This document shows positions 17,477-35,584 of a stretch of 64,000 bases of DNA, piece after piece. The notes below the pieces were generated by a model. It was not told where the DNA came from. It saw only the letters and a list, made by a program, of their open reading frames with translations, and did not search any database. This DNA is from the human T2T-CHM13v2.0 reference genome, Homo sapiens: the NCBI RefSeq assembly GCF_009914755.1, contig NC_060931.1; one strand, given 5' to 3'. Each line of letters begins with the position of its first letter. Position 1 is the first letter of the stretch. The translations under genes and the position numbers were made by a program.

Positions 17477-17674
17477 GTTTCATGGACCCAGGCACTACGG
17501 ACCATAGTTAAAAACTGTTATAAACAGCATGGGCGGGAAGACCTTTTGTATGCCTTTGAAGATCAGCAAACGCAAACACAGGCCACAGCCACACATAGTA
17601 TAGCTCATCTTGTACCATCACAGACTGTAGTCCAGACTTTTAGTAACCCTGATGGCACTGTCTCACTTATCCAG
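17477..17674 (+). CDS. NRF1: NRF1 coding exon (likely exon 7), 198 nt, VSWTQALRTIVKNCYKQHGREDLLYAFED...VSLIQ
   Basis: Acceptor tgacag|GTT, donor CAG|gtgagt; in frame with previous exon; NRF1/EWG family DNA-binding-domain end. Confidence 0.98.
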
Positions 17675-17905
17675 GTGAGTAAACCTGAGGGCTACCAGAC
17701 TGTGGCTTCTGAGATGGATCAGTGGGCACCTCACCTCAGACTAGGGAAAGTTTCCTTTGTGCGAACTCTTGTATGAACTTTATATAGCTCCCCAAGATCT
17801 TCCTACCTGAAATTGATTTCTGAAGAATAGTTTAAATTCTTTGCATTTGCTAAATACAGAGCTATGAGTAGCTTCCTGGACATTTCCAAAACAAAGCACT
17901 TTTAA

Positions 17906-18185
<280 letters not shown>

Positions 18186-18577
18186 TTAAAATGACTTCTG
18201 TTTTACAGTTTCACTCTCAGTGATCAGGGAATATTCCTTCTGAATGACCTCTTCTGAGGTAAAACACAATTTGTTGATTGGGAACCTCTAAAGTTCAGAT
18301 TGAGGTGAGAATAGAAAGTTGGTTGACCAACACTGGGCATGGATGTGGCGATGTGATAGCTTTTCTCATATGGACTTATTTGGTTGAAGTAAAATTCTGA
18401 AACTCGTGATAGTCTCTGAACTATGATTTTAGTGAGCTATGATTTTAGATTTCACATCATAAGGCATATTCTTTGTTATCTGTGCTGAATTTGGGATTAA
18501 ATGAGTCTCAGCTTCTGAGTAAAGAGGTGGAAGGATCCATCCACTGACACTTAACCACTTTCCATATTTTTCTTTAG

Positions 18578-18679
18578 GTTGGTACGGGGGCAACAGTAGC
18601 CACATTGGCTGATGCTTCAGAATTGCCAACCACGGTCACCGTTGCCCAAGTGAATTATTCTGCCGTGGCTGATGGAGAG
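18578..18679 (+). CDS. NRF1: NRF1 coding exon (likely exon 8), 102 nt, VGTGATVATLADASELPTTVTVAQVNYSAVADGE
   Basis: Acceptor tttttctttag|GTT, donor GAG|gtaaga; read manually (missing from ORF track). Confidence 0.97.
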
Positions 18680-20162
18680 GTAAGAAAGAGATTCCATCTG
18701 CATCTTCTTAAATACTTGAATGTATAATGAGGGAAAAGCAAGGGTCCAGAAGATGGAGTAGCCTGCATGTCTGCGGCACTCTTTCATTTAAACCTTTTAA
18801 AGAGCATGAGACCATGAAAGTTTTAGAAAGTGTCTTATGCTATGTGTATTAATTGTAACAATTAAGATTCATGGATTAGTATGTCAGGAACTTAGAATTT
18901 TACATTTGAATGTATAGCATTTGGTATTATACACAATACAAAGGGATTATCCCTTTACCATTTTTATGCTGTGAATCCCAAAAAATTTCATCTTTGGTCT
19001 TTATGAAAAAAAAATGGCACATTAAAACTGGAACTGACTAAGGGAAGCCTTCTTTGAAAGGATAAATATGTTTGCAAGTCAGTAACATGATTTATTACAT
19101 CTTAAATATGCCTTTGAAAAGATTTCTTAGGAGAATTCTTCCTTACCAAAATTGGGATAATTATGGGACATTAACCTAAAGACAGCCAACCTTTATTGAT
19201 CACTTGGTGGGCTAAACACTCAACCCTATGAAGTATAAAGTTCTGTTATCATCTTCACTTTAGAGATGAGAAAACCGAGACATAACAGAGCTTAGATGAT
19301 TTGCCCAAAGTCCCATAGCAGTGTTGAAGCTGGATAATGCATTGAGAAAAACATTACCTAGGCTCTGAGCCATTGGTGAAGATGCAACAGTGAAGGAAGG
19401 GGTTTGTTACGTCACCATGAGTGTTTCCCTTGAAGATACTGATGTGGTGTGCTGAAGTTTGAAAAATAGCCAACAGATGTCAAAGAGCAGTATCAGAAAT
19501 AAAGCTAAGAGTATTATCTCACCCTTGTTGAGAGCCATGGAGCATTTCCCCTTAGAACACCACAAAGTCACTTTCATTTGTGCCCCTCAGGAGAGGGGGA
19601 GAACTGGCAAAGGCCACATGGCTGGGAGATGGAGGGAGAGTGCACCACAGGCTCCTTGGCCACCCTGCATGTGCCAAACCCCTGTGTAGCTGCAGCTGTG
19701 TGGAGTTGATTCGCACAGGATCCTTGCTGTCATGGGACTCCAGTCTAGTGGGGAAGAGAGATGTCTACGTGAATGAACTCTAGCCTTCCTGTAAGGGATG
19801 CTGCAAAGCGTATGTGCCTCCTTTCCACCTAAGGAGCCTGGGAAAGTTTGGGACACTGAAAAACTTGGTTATTGGGTGAGGAAAGGTGAAGGTTGACAGG
19901 ACACTTACTTTCTAAGTATATAAACATCATTAAAGGATATGGATTAGCAAAGCAAAGAATTTGTCAGTCCCAGAACACTAGAACAAGATGACACTCCTTA
20001 AAGTCTGAAAGAGGTGGAAAAGACAACGAGGGGTACAGTTAGGAGATGTGTTAGTTTTTGGCTTAGACAAAGTTATCAACCATATGTCTCTACTGAATGT
20101 TTCTTGGTACTATTTAAAGAAAGTAACTTCGTTTCCTTCTGTATAAAATAATTTGTTTTTGA

Positions 20163-20466
<304 letters not shown>

Positions 20467-20659
20467 ATGATATATAGTATATATAATTCTGTTAGAAGAG
20501 AAAGCCAAAGTGCAAAAACATTAGAGACGTGAATTTTAAACTGAACCATCAATATATGTAACAGTTTTGAATTGCATAACTCATTTTAGGTGCATTTTTA
20601 TGAATGTCAGTTTACCTTAAATATGGGCAGGCTGAATAACAAATAGGAAAATATCAATA

Positions 20660-21040
20660 GTATTTTTCCATCCATCCCTTCAGTAAACACTTTTTGAGCC
20701 CTGTGCCAGGCACTGTAGAGACTATAGATAAAAGATAATAAAGACTCCCCTTTCCCTTAAGGAGCACATAGGTAGGCGGTAGAGAAAAGCAAAGAACAAT
20801 TGCAGTGAGATAAGGGTCTACTGGCAGCAAGCCCAGGGTGCTGTGGAACAGCAGAGGAGAGGCTCTCATCTGGACTTCAGGGGAGTGGAATTGTCTCAGG
20901 AAACACTTCCCAGAGGTGTAGCCCCTGAGCTTAGACTAGAGTGGGAACTAGCCAAACAAAGGAGAGGGATGGGAGTTCTATCCTGTCAAAGAGAGCAACA
21001 CATTCAGTGCATTGACTTGTGAAAGCATGGAACAGCCACA
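20660..21040. mobile_element. L2 fragment
   Basis: tccatccatcccttcagtaaacactttttgagccctgtgccaggcactgt, L2 3'-end signature. Confidence 0.65.
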
Positions 21041-22273
21041 GTTTGAAGGGCCTTGTGGTAGTGGGCCTCTCTCAGAAATGCATAGTAGCTAATGAGATAT
21101 CTTCTGAATATCTTCCTCTCCTAGGGCTTGTGGCCCTTTCTTTGGGGAAGGGAGTGCAACAAGAGCTCAAGTAAACACAGTTTAAGAAAGCACTGAGACT
21201 CAGGAATAGGAAATTCCGAAGAGATGCTGGCACTTGAGCTGATTTCTTGATCACCTGCCGTGTTTCTGATTAGAAATCTCTTCTCTGTTTCTCCTCCTAT
21301 TTTCTCTTCACCGTTTACTGTCATTCCATGCCATATAATTTAACTTTCTTAAATTATACTGTATATGGCAGCATTCTAATGCCATTTTCACTACAAATAT
21401 AGTTGTAACTAAAAGTATCTATATTGACTTGCTGCCTTTGGAGTTTGAGGACTTGAGAGAGCCTCACTGGGCCAAACTCAAGTGAGAGCAGCAGCATGGG
21501 CCAGACTGAAATAGAGGGGCAGATCAGAAACAGGAAGACCATTCCCTAGCAGTAGGCAACAGCACTGCCCGGCTTCAGTGGATGTTTTGAGCGGACTCAT
21601 CAGCCACCTAAGAATTGATAGTGCAGCTTGCCTCTTATGGTGGCAGTGTTGGTAGTGATGTTCATTGGAGCAATGAGATCAAAGCAACCAACCTTGGAAA
21701 GCAAGAGCTTTGGAGTTCCTGAGGGGCAATTTTGCAGCTCTAGGATATCTCTGCCTCAGGAGTGATGGGCCCTGAAGGCTTGCTGGCACAATCCACTGCC
21801 CATGAGAACTCAGGGCAAACACGAAGGTAACTCAAAGGAATGTCTCTTTCTCTGAGAGGCTTTTGGCAAACATTCTGAAAAGCATTATCATAATCTAAGT
21901 ATGGTAATATAACTAAAGCAGGAAGCATTTAAAATATCTACCTCCTAGAGCTTGGAGCACTTTCTTTGGGACACAGTAACAAGCAGGCACAAGGTAACTA
22001 CTCACTAGGCCCCAGCAATGTGAAGCAGGAATAGCAAGAGCTGCAGTAAGCACTGCTAAGGTCCTGAGACCCAGGAGTCCAAAGACAGATACACCTGAGC
22101 TGATGGATCACCTGCTGTACTTCCAAATAGAAATTGCTTTTACTGCCCCTGCTGCTTTTCAGTTTTGAGGGTGGGTAGTTAATCAACCAGTATTTATTGA
22201 GCAAAACGGACTGAAGTAACTAGATACAGGTATTCAGAACTAAGTCTCTAAACACAGAGAATTGTACTAAAAT

Positions 22274-22471
22274 CAGTAGTTCTGTACCCCAGACCAGAGG
22301 GGACATTTGGCAATACCTGGAGACATTTTTTACCGTCCTGACTGGGGAGGGTGCTATTGGCATCTAGCGGGTACAAGCCGGGATGCTGCTAACCATCCTG
22401 CAATGCACAGGACAGCCCCACAACCAAGGATACCTGGGCCAAAATGTTAGCATGCCAAGACTGAGAGACTG
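22274..22471. mobile_element. MER20 DNA transposon
   Basis: ggggacatttggcaat...ggagacatttt...gctattggcatctag...gatgctgctaa...tgcacaggacagcccc. Confidence 0.85.
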
Positions 22472-22856
22472 TAGGCCTAGCAAACCTGGATTCTCATGTA
22501 TCCTGTCACCAGAGAGTATGATTTTTATTTTTGGGTTTTTTGCTGTGGGCAGTGGGAGAGTCTTCATAACTTCTCCCCTACTAAAAAGAAAGCAGTTTTT
22601 GCTACACTTTAAAAAATTAGTTTCTGAGTTTAGCAGTTTCTATCAAAAATAAACATGCCAAATAACTTTGATCTATAATTCTACCTCTAGGCATTTACCC
22701 TATAAATAGACTCACATGTAATATACAAAGTATAATAGTATATAAGGATATTCATCACAGCACTGTTTGTTAATAGCAAAAGACTGTAAACCACTTAAAT
22801 GTGCATGAAAAGATGACTTGTTAAATAAATCATGATGTTTCTATATAATGCAATGC

Positions 22857-23151
<295 letters not shown>

Positions 23152-23695
23152 TTAAGAATCATGAATGAGTAAAGTAGTTTTATATGTTCCAAAATGGAAT
23201 CATTTCAGAGATGTACTGTTTGTGAAAAAAGCAAGATACAAAAGATATGTAGAATATGCTGCCATTTTTATTTTAGAGGAGGGAGTAGAAAGGGGAAATG
23301 GGGTGAATGTGTGTGTGTGTCTGTGTAAATATACTTCCATATAGCAGGAATAGCTCTACAAAGGTACACGAGAAAATAGGTACATTACTTGGAAATATTG
23401 TATAATGATAAAATAATAAAAGAGAAAATAGGCACAGTTGTAGACCCTTTGGACAAAGGGTCTAGAGTACTGATATCATATTCCCTTTGATACAGTTTGA
23501 AATTTTGGTATAGTTTGAATTTTTTTTTCCTCTCATGGCCCATTTCTAACAACCCAGCCTATATATTTTTAAACTTTATTATGTATTTATTTAAATTAAC
23601 AAAAAATTGTATATATTTATCTGGCACAACATGTTGTTTTGAAGTATGTATATATCGGGAAGTAAATTGAGAAACGTATTTAAAAGTGTAGAGTG

Positions 23696-23991
23696 GGCCG
23701 GGCGTGGTGACTCATGCCTGTAATCCCAGCACTTTGGGAGACTGAGGCAGGTGGATTACCTAAGGTCAGGAGTTTGAGACCAGCCTGGCCAACGTGGTGA
23801 AACCCCATCTTTACCAAAAATACAAAAATTAGCCAGGGGTGGTGGTACACACCTATAGTCCCAACTACTTGGGAGCCTGAGGCAGGAGAATCGCTCAACC
23901 TGGGATGTGGAGGTTGCAGTGAGCCAAGATCGTGCCATTGCACTCCGGCTTGGGCGACAGAGGGAGACTCCCTCTCAAAAAAAAAAAAAAA
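23696..23991 (+). mobile_element. Alu (S-type)
   Basis: Full dimer. Confidence 0.95.
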
Positions 23992-24326
23992 GGTACAGTG
24001 GAAGGTCTTGCTTTCTGTCTCCCATCCAACTTGTTTCCAACTCCTCTCAACCCCACACATACAATCCAGAGAATATATTCAGTGGCTTTTGTGTGTCCTT
24101 CCAGAATTTCTTCATGCAAATGCAAGCAAATTCAGGTATATATTCTAATACCCCCTTTTTTATGCAAAAGGTAGCATGCTTAAAGCTCTGTTCTGTATAT
24201 TGCAGGTCATGTTAATTTTAAAGAGTATGTGTATTTAGCCAAAAAGTAGCAATTATTAGAAAAATTACTTGTAAAATTGTACTTTTGTGGCTTTGTTTTT
24301 TTACTATCTTGTCCTTTCTGCCTCAG

Positions 24327-24484
24327 GTGGAACAAAATTGGGCCACGTTACAGGGAGGTGAGATGACCATCCAGACGACGCAAGCATCAGAGGCCACCCA
24401 GGCGGTGGCATCGTTGGCAGAGGCCGCAGTGGCAGCTTCTCAGGAGATGCAGCAGGGAGCTACAGTCACTATGGCGCTTAACAG
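24327..24484 (+). CDS. NRF1: NRF1 coding exon (likely exon 9), 158 nt, VEQNWATLQGGEM...VTMALN(S)
   Basis: Acceptor ctttctgcctcag|GTG, donor CAG|gtggtg; ends in phase 2, completed by C of next exon (AGC=Ser). Confidence 0.97.
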
Positions 24485-25339
24485 GTGGTGGCAAGAGTGT
24501 GGGAATAAGTGAGGATCGCAAATCTGTCCCTGCAGATATGGGTGGAGGCCCCTTAAAGAGAAATGTGTCTCTGTTTGCCACAGTTGGCAGTTGGAACTTA
24601 ACACTCTTGGCCCATACGATATTGTAGTTTGGCCTATAATAGGTCAGTCCTTACCAAGAAAAATTAAACTTCTTTCCTTCAGGTGTGCTTAGGAAAGGTG
24701 ATGTGAAATGGAATCCTCCAGTAAAAGGTAGTTTCCAAAACTCAATGTATTGTTTCCTGCTTAGTTCCTTCTACTGGCTGTTGATGGAAAGATCATCTCC
24801 GCATCATTCTTCACTCCTGCCGCCACCCAGCCCCAACAACCAGTGCAGCCTTTCTGACTTCCAGCCCAAGCTGGTCAAGCCTTCCCGTTTATCCTATTCT
24901 GTGTCCAGTAAGCAGAAGCAGTAAGGCTTGAGTGCTTCATGTTTTCAAGGGATACAGAACAAATTAAGAGGCTTCGGATTATTGTCCTTTTGCCCTACAA
25001 AAGAAACTGCATTTTGTTGGGGGTATTAATCCATGTTTAAGCAGCAAATGGCTGATTTTACTTGCTTTTGAGAAAAATGTGTTGCCCTTGCTTATCAGCG
25101 AGCTCAAGATAAATAAGTTTTGGATTATTGGGGAAAATAATGAACTTTTTTCTTCAGGTATGTTAGGAAGGGTGCTGCCAAATGGGATGCTCCAAGAGGT
25201 GGTTTCTGAAACTCGATTGTATTATTCCCTGCCTGGTTCTTTCTACTGGTTGTTGACAGGAAAGATCAGCTTCATATCATTCTCCCTCTTCTTCATTCCT
25301 GATGCAATTTTATTTTTAATGGGCTCAGGGATTTAAATT

Positions 25340-26095
25340 AATGGTCAAGAGTGTGAGCCTTGACGCCAGACTACTTGGGTTTGAAGCCCAGCTCTGTCAC
25401 TTACAAGCTGTTTGGCATCGAGCAGTTGATTTGAACTCTCAGTAGCCAGGCTCTCCTATTCTGTAAAATGGGAGTGATAACAGTACATTCTTCTAGGAGT
25501 GTTATGAGAACTGAATTACTCCATGTGAAATCCTTAGGTCAGTGTCTTGTATACAGTAAGGGCTGAACTCTTGCGGCATGCCAGCTCTACTGGGTAAGGC
25601 TGTAAATAGAGAATAGAGTGCTCTAGCATATACTCTGCCCTCAAAGAAATCATACTCTTATTGCGGAGACTGATTTAAGTAAAACACTTAGCAAACAGTA
25701 TTACTTAGAGTGTAACTCACTATTGAATTGTATGGTAAAGACTATGAACGTTGTAGAAATTCAGAGGAGGGTGATCACCTCCCCTAAATATAAAATCAGT
25801 GAAAGTTTAGATTGATTATGATAGATACTAGAGAGCTGTGATGGATTTGTATACAGTTCACTGTATGAGGCTGTATAGTATGGTGGCTGAGAGCAGGGTT
25901 CCAACGTCACATAGATTCAGGTTTGAATCCTGGCTCCACCATTTGATCCTGAGAAACATAACCTCTGAGCCTTGTTTTCCCCATTGTTATAATGAGGATA
26001 AGACTCATCACACAGAATCATGTATATGAGATAATATAGATAAAATTCTCATCGCGGTGTCCAACCTATAGTTAGCATTTCAAGAATTATAGTTA
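25340..26095. mobile_element. Two MIR fragments (~25340-25560, ~25870-26095)
   Basis: gggtttgaagcccagctctgtcactta...ctgtaaaatggg; ggtttgaatcctggctccacca. Confidence 0.7.
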
Positions 26096-26240
26096 TTATC
26101 ATTTAAGTTGTATTTTAAGAGTTGTCTATTCTGAATTGATTATAGTGAGAGGAGATTAGAAGATCAGTTAGGAAGAGGCACTCCAGGAGCGCCTTGTTAA
26201 GGTCTTGGAAACTGAAGTAGTAAGAATGGAGGTAAAGTGA

Positions 26241-26543
<303 letters not shown>

Positions 26544-26603
26544 TGATTTCATTTTAAAAGAAGTATGGCCAGAGATTGGTGGTTGATTAGGAATAGGAAA
26601 CTG

Positions 26604-26605
<2 letters not shown>

Positions 26606-26635
<30 letters not shown>

Positions 26636-26639
26636 CACA
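26606..26639. repeat. (CA)n microsatellite
   Basis: ~14 uninterrupted CA units. Confidence 0.95.
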
Positions 26640-28473
26640 TCTTCTCAGAGTTACCTAGTTAGTCCCTAGTGATCAGAACATTTTTTTCAGCCCATTGAGC
26701 CATGTTGCTCTTGTTGCTCTTCATTTCTTTTTTTCCCCCACTCACGTATATACTCATCATGTTGCTTTTCAGTAACATGAAAGTCTTACTTGGTTCCTTA
26801 CACTTGGCTCAATTCTACCCCTCTCTTTGAGAGAAACACCCAGATAAACTTCCTGAAAGGCATGGCCAAGTGAGACCCTCCGTCCCTTTAGTCCAGTAAC
26901 ACCCCCCATTCTCCGCCCGACTGTAGCTTGGGGTCTAACAGGCCCTCATTAAAGACCAGCAAAACTTGATTTCATTGAGACTTGCTGCCAACACCTTGGA
27001 TATTCCAGTGAAGTGTGTGTGTCCTGGGAACTCTGTACATAGTGGAAAATATGAGGCACATTTGGGCTCTCTTTGTTATAAGGACCAGGGCTTGTTTCTA
27101 AAGGCAAGCGGGTAATGGTATCCCCTGAGGGCTTGTTAACAAACTTAGATGCAGCTGAGGTGGCTCAGTGTTTACTCCAAAGGAAGGAGAATGTGTTCAC
27201 TGTGGCATAGAGGAGGAATAAAGAGATGTTGAAATCTCTTTGCAATCAGGTAGTTCGATGCCCCAATGAGTGTTAGGGGTTGGTGGATTGCAGCTTCTGC
27301 TGGGGATGAAGAAACCAAGCCTGGCAGCAGAGACTAGACTATAGCAGACTATTAGGGGAATATCAGGGCTTTCTGAACCCAACAGAGGTAACCCATGGTC
27401 TAATGTCTTAGTCAGGAGGGTTGGATGTAAGAAACAAGCCCTTAACATTCGCTTCTTTGTGGACGAGATGCAGTAGAATCATTTAGTCCTTGCACTCTGA
27501 GCCTCTCCACAGAATTTGCTGTTGGAAGTCATCTCAGTAAGAAATACACAGAGAAATCTGGTCTTTGTTCCTATGATGACAAAGCAGTTTCATAATCTGC
27601 CCTCTTGCAGCTTGCTCTGTTTTGGGTGCAGATAAAACAAGCATGGTTCTCTAATAACCACCTGCACCTCTGCTGCAATGTAAACAGCAGATGTGGGCGC
27701 AGGGTGAGAAGGGAGAGGAAGCTACGTGCAATGGCAGGTTGGGGAATAAGGAGGCAGAGGGGCTCCTTCATCTTTTACAGGGTAAAATGGGATCAGGACA
27801 GTTGCAGGACAGACTTGTTTCTCAACCACGCTGTTAAGAGAATTTCATACTGCAAGTCACAAGGGCCCAGGGCTCCACGGCCTTTAGCCCACCCTGGCTT
27901 TCTAACAACCCAAAGTGGGTATGGAGAAATTGTCCTTTAAAAACCTAAAAACTATGTTAATTTTCATTTTCAAAATAAAGAATAAATCAGCACTTTTGGA
28001 AAGGAGGTGGGAAGGGAATCAAAGTGAACAAATGAGCAGAACATCACAGCTTTAAAAAAATTTGTGTGTGTATGTGTGTGTATATACATACATACATATA
28101 TATAATACCATATATATGTATATAAAAAATAGCTTATATATAAGCTATTTAGCCTGAACAACCAGAGAGGAAAGGAAGTAATATTATCATTTACTTGTGA
28201 TACAGTGATTAATTTGAACTTTCAGTTCTTTGGTTAAGCTGTCCTGGACTTGTAGTTCCTCTTAAACATGTCCTTCTACAAACCCATTTCCTGAATATGG
28301 CCAGTATAGTCCTTGCATGTAGAGATCATGATTTGGCTTTGTAGACTTACTCTACGTTTCTAAAGTAGTGGAAACTTACTTGATAGTATATTGTTAACAC
28401 TGAGACAGTATTTATTGTGTGTCTACTGTGTGCAGGGCTGTGACTCAGTGCTATGGGGAAATACTTAGATTAA

Positions 28474-28869
<396 letters not shown>

Positions 28870-29162
28870 TGCTCTTAGTCTTTAAGATGAAATATTATTG
28901 ACTTAAAATTAGACATATTATTAAAATAAAATGGGGCTTTTATATACGGAGTGATATTTGTCCAATAAAATGGGATGGAAAACTTAGATCAGAAATCTTC
29001 TCTGGAAGAGAAGTCAGGGATGGTACAACTGCTTTTCTTTCCTACAGGTAAAGATTAGACGCTTACAGATAAAAGGTTGATGGAAACCTCTTATTTATAG
29101 CTTTGGTTTTGAAATGACTTTTGTCTAAAAATTGTGAAGTGGTCTAGCTCAGGGCCTTTTTA

Positions 29163-29504
<342 letters not shown>

Positions 29505-30127
29505 CTAGCAGTTTAGTTTGGTCGTTTCCCATAAAGTTGAGTGTAAAAGGTTAGAATCACTCTGGAAATGATAGCCCTGCTTACCATAGGCATCATCGTT
29601 GTCTTCATGCCCCACGTAAAGACCTTAACTGGGGACTGAATAATTAATCGTACTGACCTGTCAACCTGTCACCCCCATTGCATTGGACCCCTCATCCCTG
29701 GCATTCCAGATTGTTTTAGGTTGTTGCTGGTTTTCAGCTTTTCTTCTACCATACCACATTTTAGAAAGAAGTTAAAGAAGATAACTTCAAGTTTTTAGGG
29801 CTTTAAGTGGAAATGAGTATGATCAGTTGCAGGTACACTTTCCTGTCAAGGCTTGGGGAGCTGCCCTCTCCCTTCACTGCCCATGAAACTCATTCTGCCA
29901 GAGTGTGTTCAGGATGTACAGGAGTGGCAGGATGTCATCTTTGATGGTCATAAAGATGAGATTATTGTAAATTGTAAGAATAATTACAGGAAATAAGCAG
30001 TCACTGAGGTGACCTATAAACAAAGATCCTAATTCCATATAAACAATTCTCATTTACAGTTTTCTTCTTCAGACTATCACACAGCTTTTTCCAAAGAGTA
30101 TACTTTTCTGCTTTCCATAAAGTCTCA

Positions 30128-30549
<422 letters not shown>

Positions 30550-30743
30550 TTTTTTTCCCAGTGGTTGGTAGTAGTGTTTATTAACATAACTTTCTTAGCA
30601 AAATATTAAAAATTAAGGGCCTAGGTACTAAAAAATATTCATTAAAGTCTCTCTAATAAATACTTTAAAGCACTTTAAAATTAAATTCTGTCATGAAAAA
30701 TGTAAAGAACAGTCTTAGTAGTAATTCCAGATCAAGGGTCTCC

Positions 30744-32771
<2,028 letters not shown>

Positions 32772-34330
32772 TAAAATTTTCTTTTATACTTAATAGAGTT
32801 TGCTCAAACTTTCTATAAAAGCAAGTATACTGCTTTTATTATCAGAAAAAGATAACTGTTTAAAACACAGGCATAAAAATTAAAAAGCAAGACAAATTAG
32901 TAAGAAGAGGAAATTCTTCTATTTAATGACACTTTTCTGTCCATTCGGTTTCTTTTCCTGCTTCCTAAAATCCTTACAGTGACCAAGAAGTCTTTTGCAG
33001 GGGAATTACTATATCTGTTGTTTTACTTGTGTGCTGACTGTCTTAGGTAAAGGAGACTGTATTGAGTTTGGTACATGTTGCTTTGCCCACAGTCCTAACA
33101 TGTTTACTCCAATTAGTCCCTGTCCCCTTACCCACCTCCACTTACGGCTTGTGCTTACAAGACCACTGCCATGTTACAGCAAATCCTGCAGCTTCAGAGC
33201 AAAGCTGACTCGACTGGCTTATTTGTCCACTTCTGCTAAACTAAATGGCACCACCATCTCTATTCTGTGCCTACTGGAATTCGATAGTCCCTCAGTAATT
33301 GCAAATTGACACCTGATACTTTACCAGAAGGGATAATGAAATTGCCTGTTTTTTCACATTTTTACATCTCTGAAATTTGGATGGCAAATTATAATCTTAC
33401 AATTGTCAGGAATTTTTCTTCCTTACTGGCCCATGAAATAATAGTATGTCTTACAGTTTGTAGCATCATAGAATCAAGAAAAATGGGTATTTATGCACAT
33501 AGTAAAAGCATATAGCAAGGAAAAGAAAGAAAAATGGGACACACTGCTAAAATAGTACTTGCTATAAACAAATGGTTAATGTCTTCCTATTCTACAGAGC
33601 ATTTGTGCTATGTAGGGAGGTTTATTATTTTGTTGTAATTATAGAGGCAAACTGTATTTATACAGTTTGGACTTGCAGTGATAATTTTAAACTTTAAGTC
33701 TTTGTTTTAGCCCTGCCTGGATATACAGTGAGTCAAAGGGAAGAGCTGGACTTTTCAGGATATTAATCAGCCATTACTCTGTATTTGAAAAGCATAACTA
33801 TAAATCAAATTAATATTTAGTGTTAATTGAAGAGTGAGTCCAGGTTGCTGCTGACTCCTCATATTATCATTCATCCTTGGCTATAAAAGGACAGTCTCAG
33901 ATGGTCTGCCTTATGTTACTGTGAGGAGAAAAGAGAAAAGGAAAACCTTGTGATTGACAACCAAAATGGCTTTTGCATTGTGAATATGGATCAGAGCTTT
34001 CACTATGGCTTGCAAGCACTCAGCTGATATTGATAAGGAAGAAACTGATAATGAGTGCCTTCTGTCCTCAAACACTCAATTACCGAGGTTCTGAGAAACT
34101 CTCACCATTAGCTTTATAGCTATGTAAGACTTGAGATTTCTCTAGCCATTAATATTATTTCAAAATTACTCTTGGCTTTATCTATTAGCACTGTTATCAC
34201 ATATTTGCTGGTAGGATCACAACCATGGAGTCAGTAGAAAGACCCAAGGAAGGCATTGAAAGGATGGTTTGTCTTGGCTGCAGTGCTGTTCCTCTATTCA
34301 TCATCCTCTCTCCTGTTCCTGTGCCCGCAG

Positions 34331-34455
34331 CGAAGCTGCCGCCCATGCTGTCGCCACCCTGGCTGAGGCCACCTTACAAGGTGGGGGACAGATCGTCTTG
34401 TCTGGGGAAACCGCAGCAGCCGTCGGAGCACTTACTGGAGTCCAAGATGCTAATG
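34331..34455 (+). CDS. NRF1: NRF1 coding exon (likely exon 10), 125 nt, (S)EAAAHAVATLAEATLQGGGQIVLSGETAAAVGALTGVQDAN(G)
   Basis: Acceptor gtgcccgcag|CGAA, donor AATG|gtaaga; phase 2/1. Confidence 0.97.
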
Positions 34456-35325
34456 GTAAGAGAGCATAAATATTTTATTAAATTTCTTCCCTGTTTCCAC
34501 TTAAACCTTCCTGACATGACTGGCAACAAAGCCTTCAGAAAGAGTTTGAGCTTCGATTTTTTTTTCTTCATTGGTAGACATTTCATGCCTAGGAATATTC
34601 TGGGAGCCTGTGATTCCTTTCACTAGTAGGAAACATGGGGGTTCCTGAAGGAAAATACTGTGATAATGGCTACCTAATTGAATTGTTACTTAAAAAGTGA
34701 TTATCGTCTTGTGACAAGACTTGCTGAGAAGCACCTTAAAATTCACTGTGAGCCACATTTTGTCTTTTACTGTCTCATCGGATAGGGTAGATCAATGTCC
34801 TTTACTGTAGCAGAGACTCTCTCATGGGCAGGACCATCATGGAAAGTTCTGACTACATCAAGAAAGGCGCCAATGTCTCACCTGTGCTTGGGGTCAGGCA
34901 GCAGGCTGTGATGCCGGTGCCTCTCTGGTTGGTACTGTGGTTCTGCTTCCTGTTATATGTAGCCTCACGAAGGACCTTTGGATTTAGCCAATTACATGCC
35001 CCTACCCTGAGCTTCTTCCCCAGCTCTTTGACTTCCTGGACATTGGTGAATATCCTGAATAAGCAAAAGGGATAAAATTCATAGAAATATGGTGGCAAAA
35101 ATATACAACTTCAGCCCAGTTCTTTGGGTCCATGTTGGTAAGGAGTCAGTTGGCAAGACAAGCTGCCCAAGGAAGTGCCTCAGAAGTCTGGGTCAAAGAG
35201 GAGGGCCAGATCTGTTCTGTGAGACCCTATGTGATTGTTATATTTTTAAATAATATATAATTAAGCAGGACAAATTAAATACTCCATGGCTTTGGGGAAA
35301 TTGTTGCTTTAAAGTCCTGGAATGG

Positions 35326-35584
35326 GGCTGGGCACGGTGGCTCATGCCTATTAATCCCAGCACTTTGGGAAGCCAAAGTGGGTGGATCACCTGAGGTCAG
35401 GAGTTCAAGACCAGCCTGGCCAACATGGCAAAACCCTGTCCATGGTGGTGTGCGAGGCTGAGGCAAGAAAATCGCTTGAACCCGAGAGGCAGAGGTTGCA
35501 GTGACCTGAGATTGCACCACTGCACTCCAACCTGGGTGACAGAATGAGACTCCGTCTCAAAAAAAAAAAAAAAAAAAAAAAAAA
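35326..35584 (+). mobile_element. Alu (S-type) with internal deletions
   Basis: Lacks middle A-rich linker and part of right arm; long poly-A. Confidence 0.92.

Noticed and set aside
34824-35075. 83-aa ORF with a hydrophobic stretch (possible micropeptide)
   Set aside because: No promoter, recognisable homology or other coding evidence; length expected by chance
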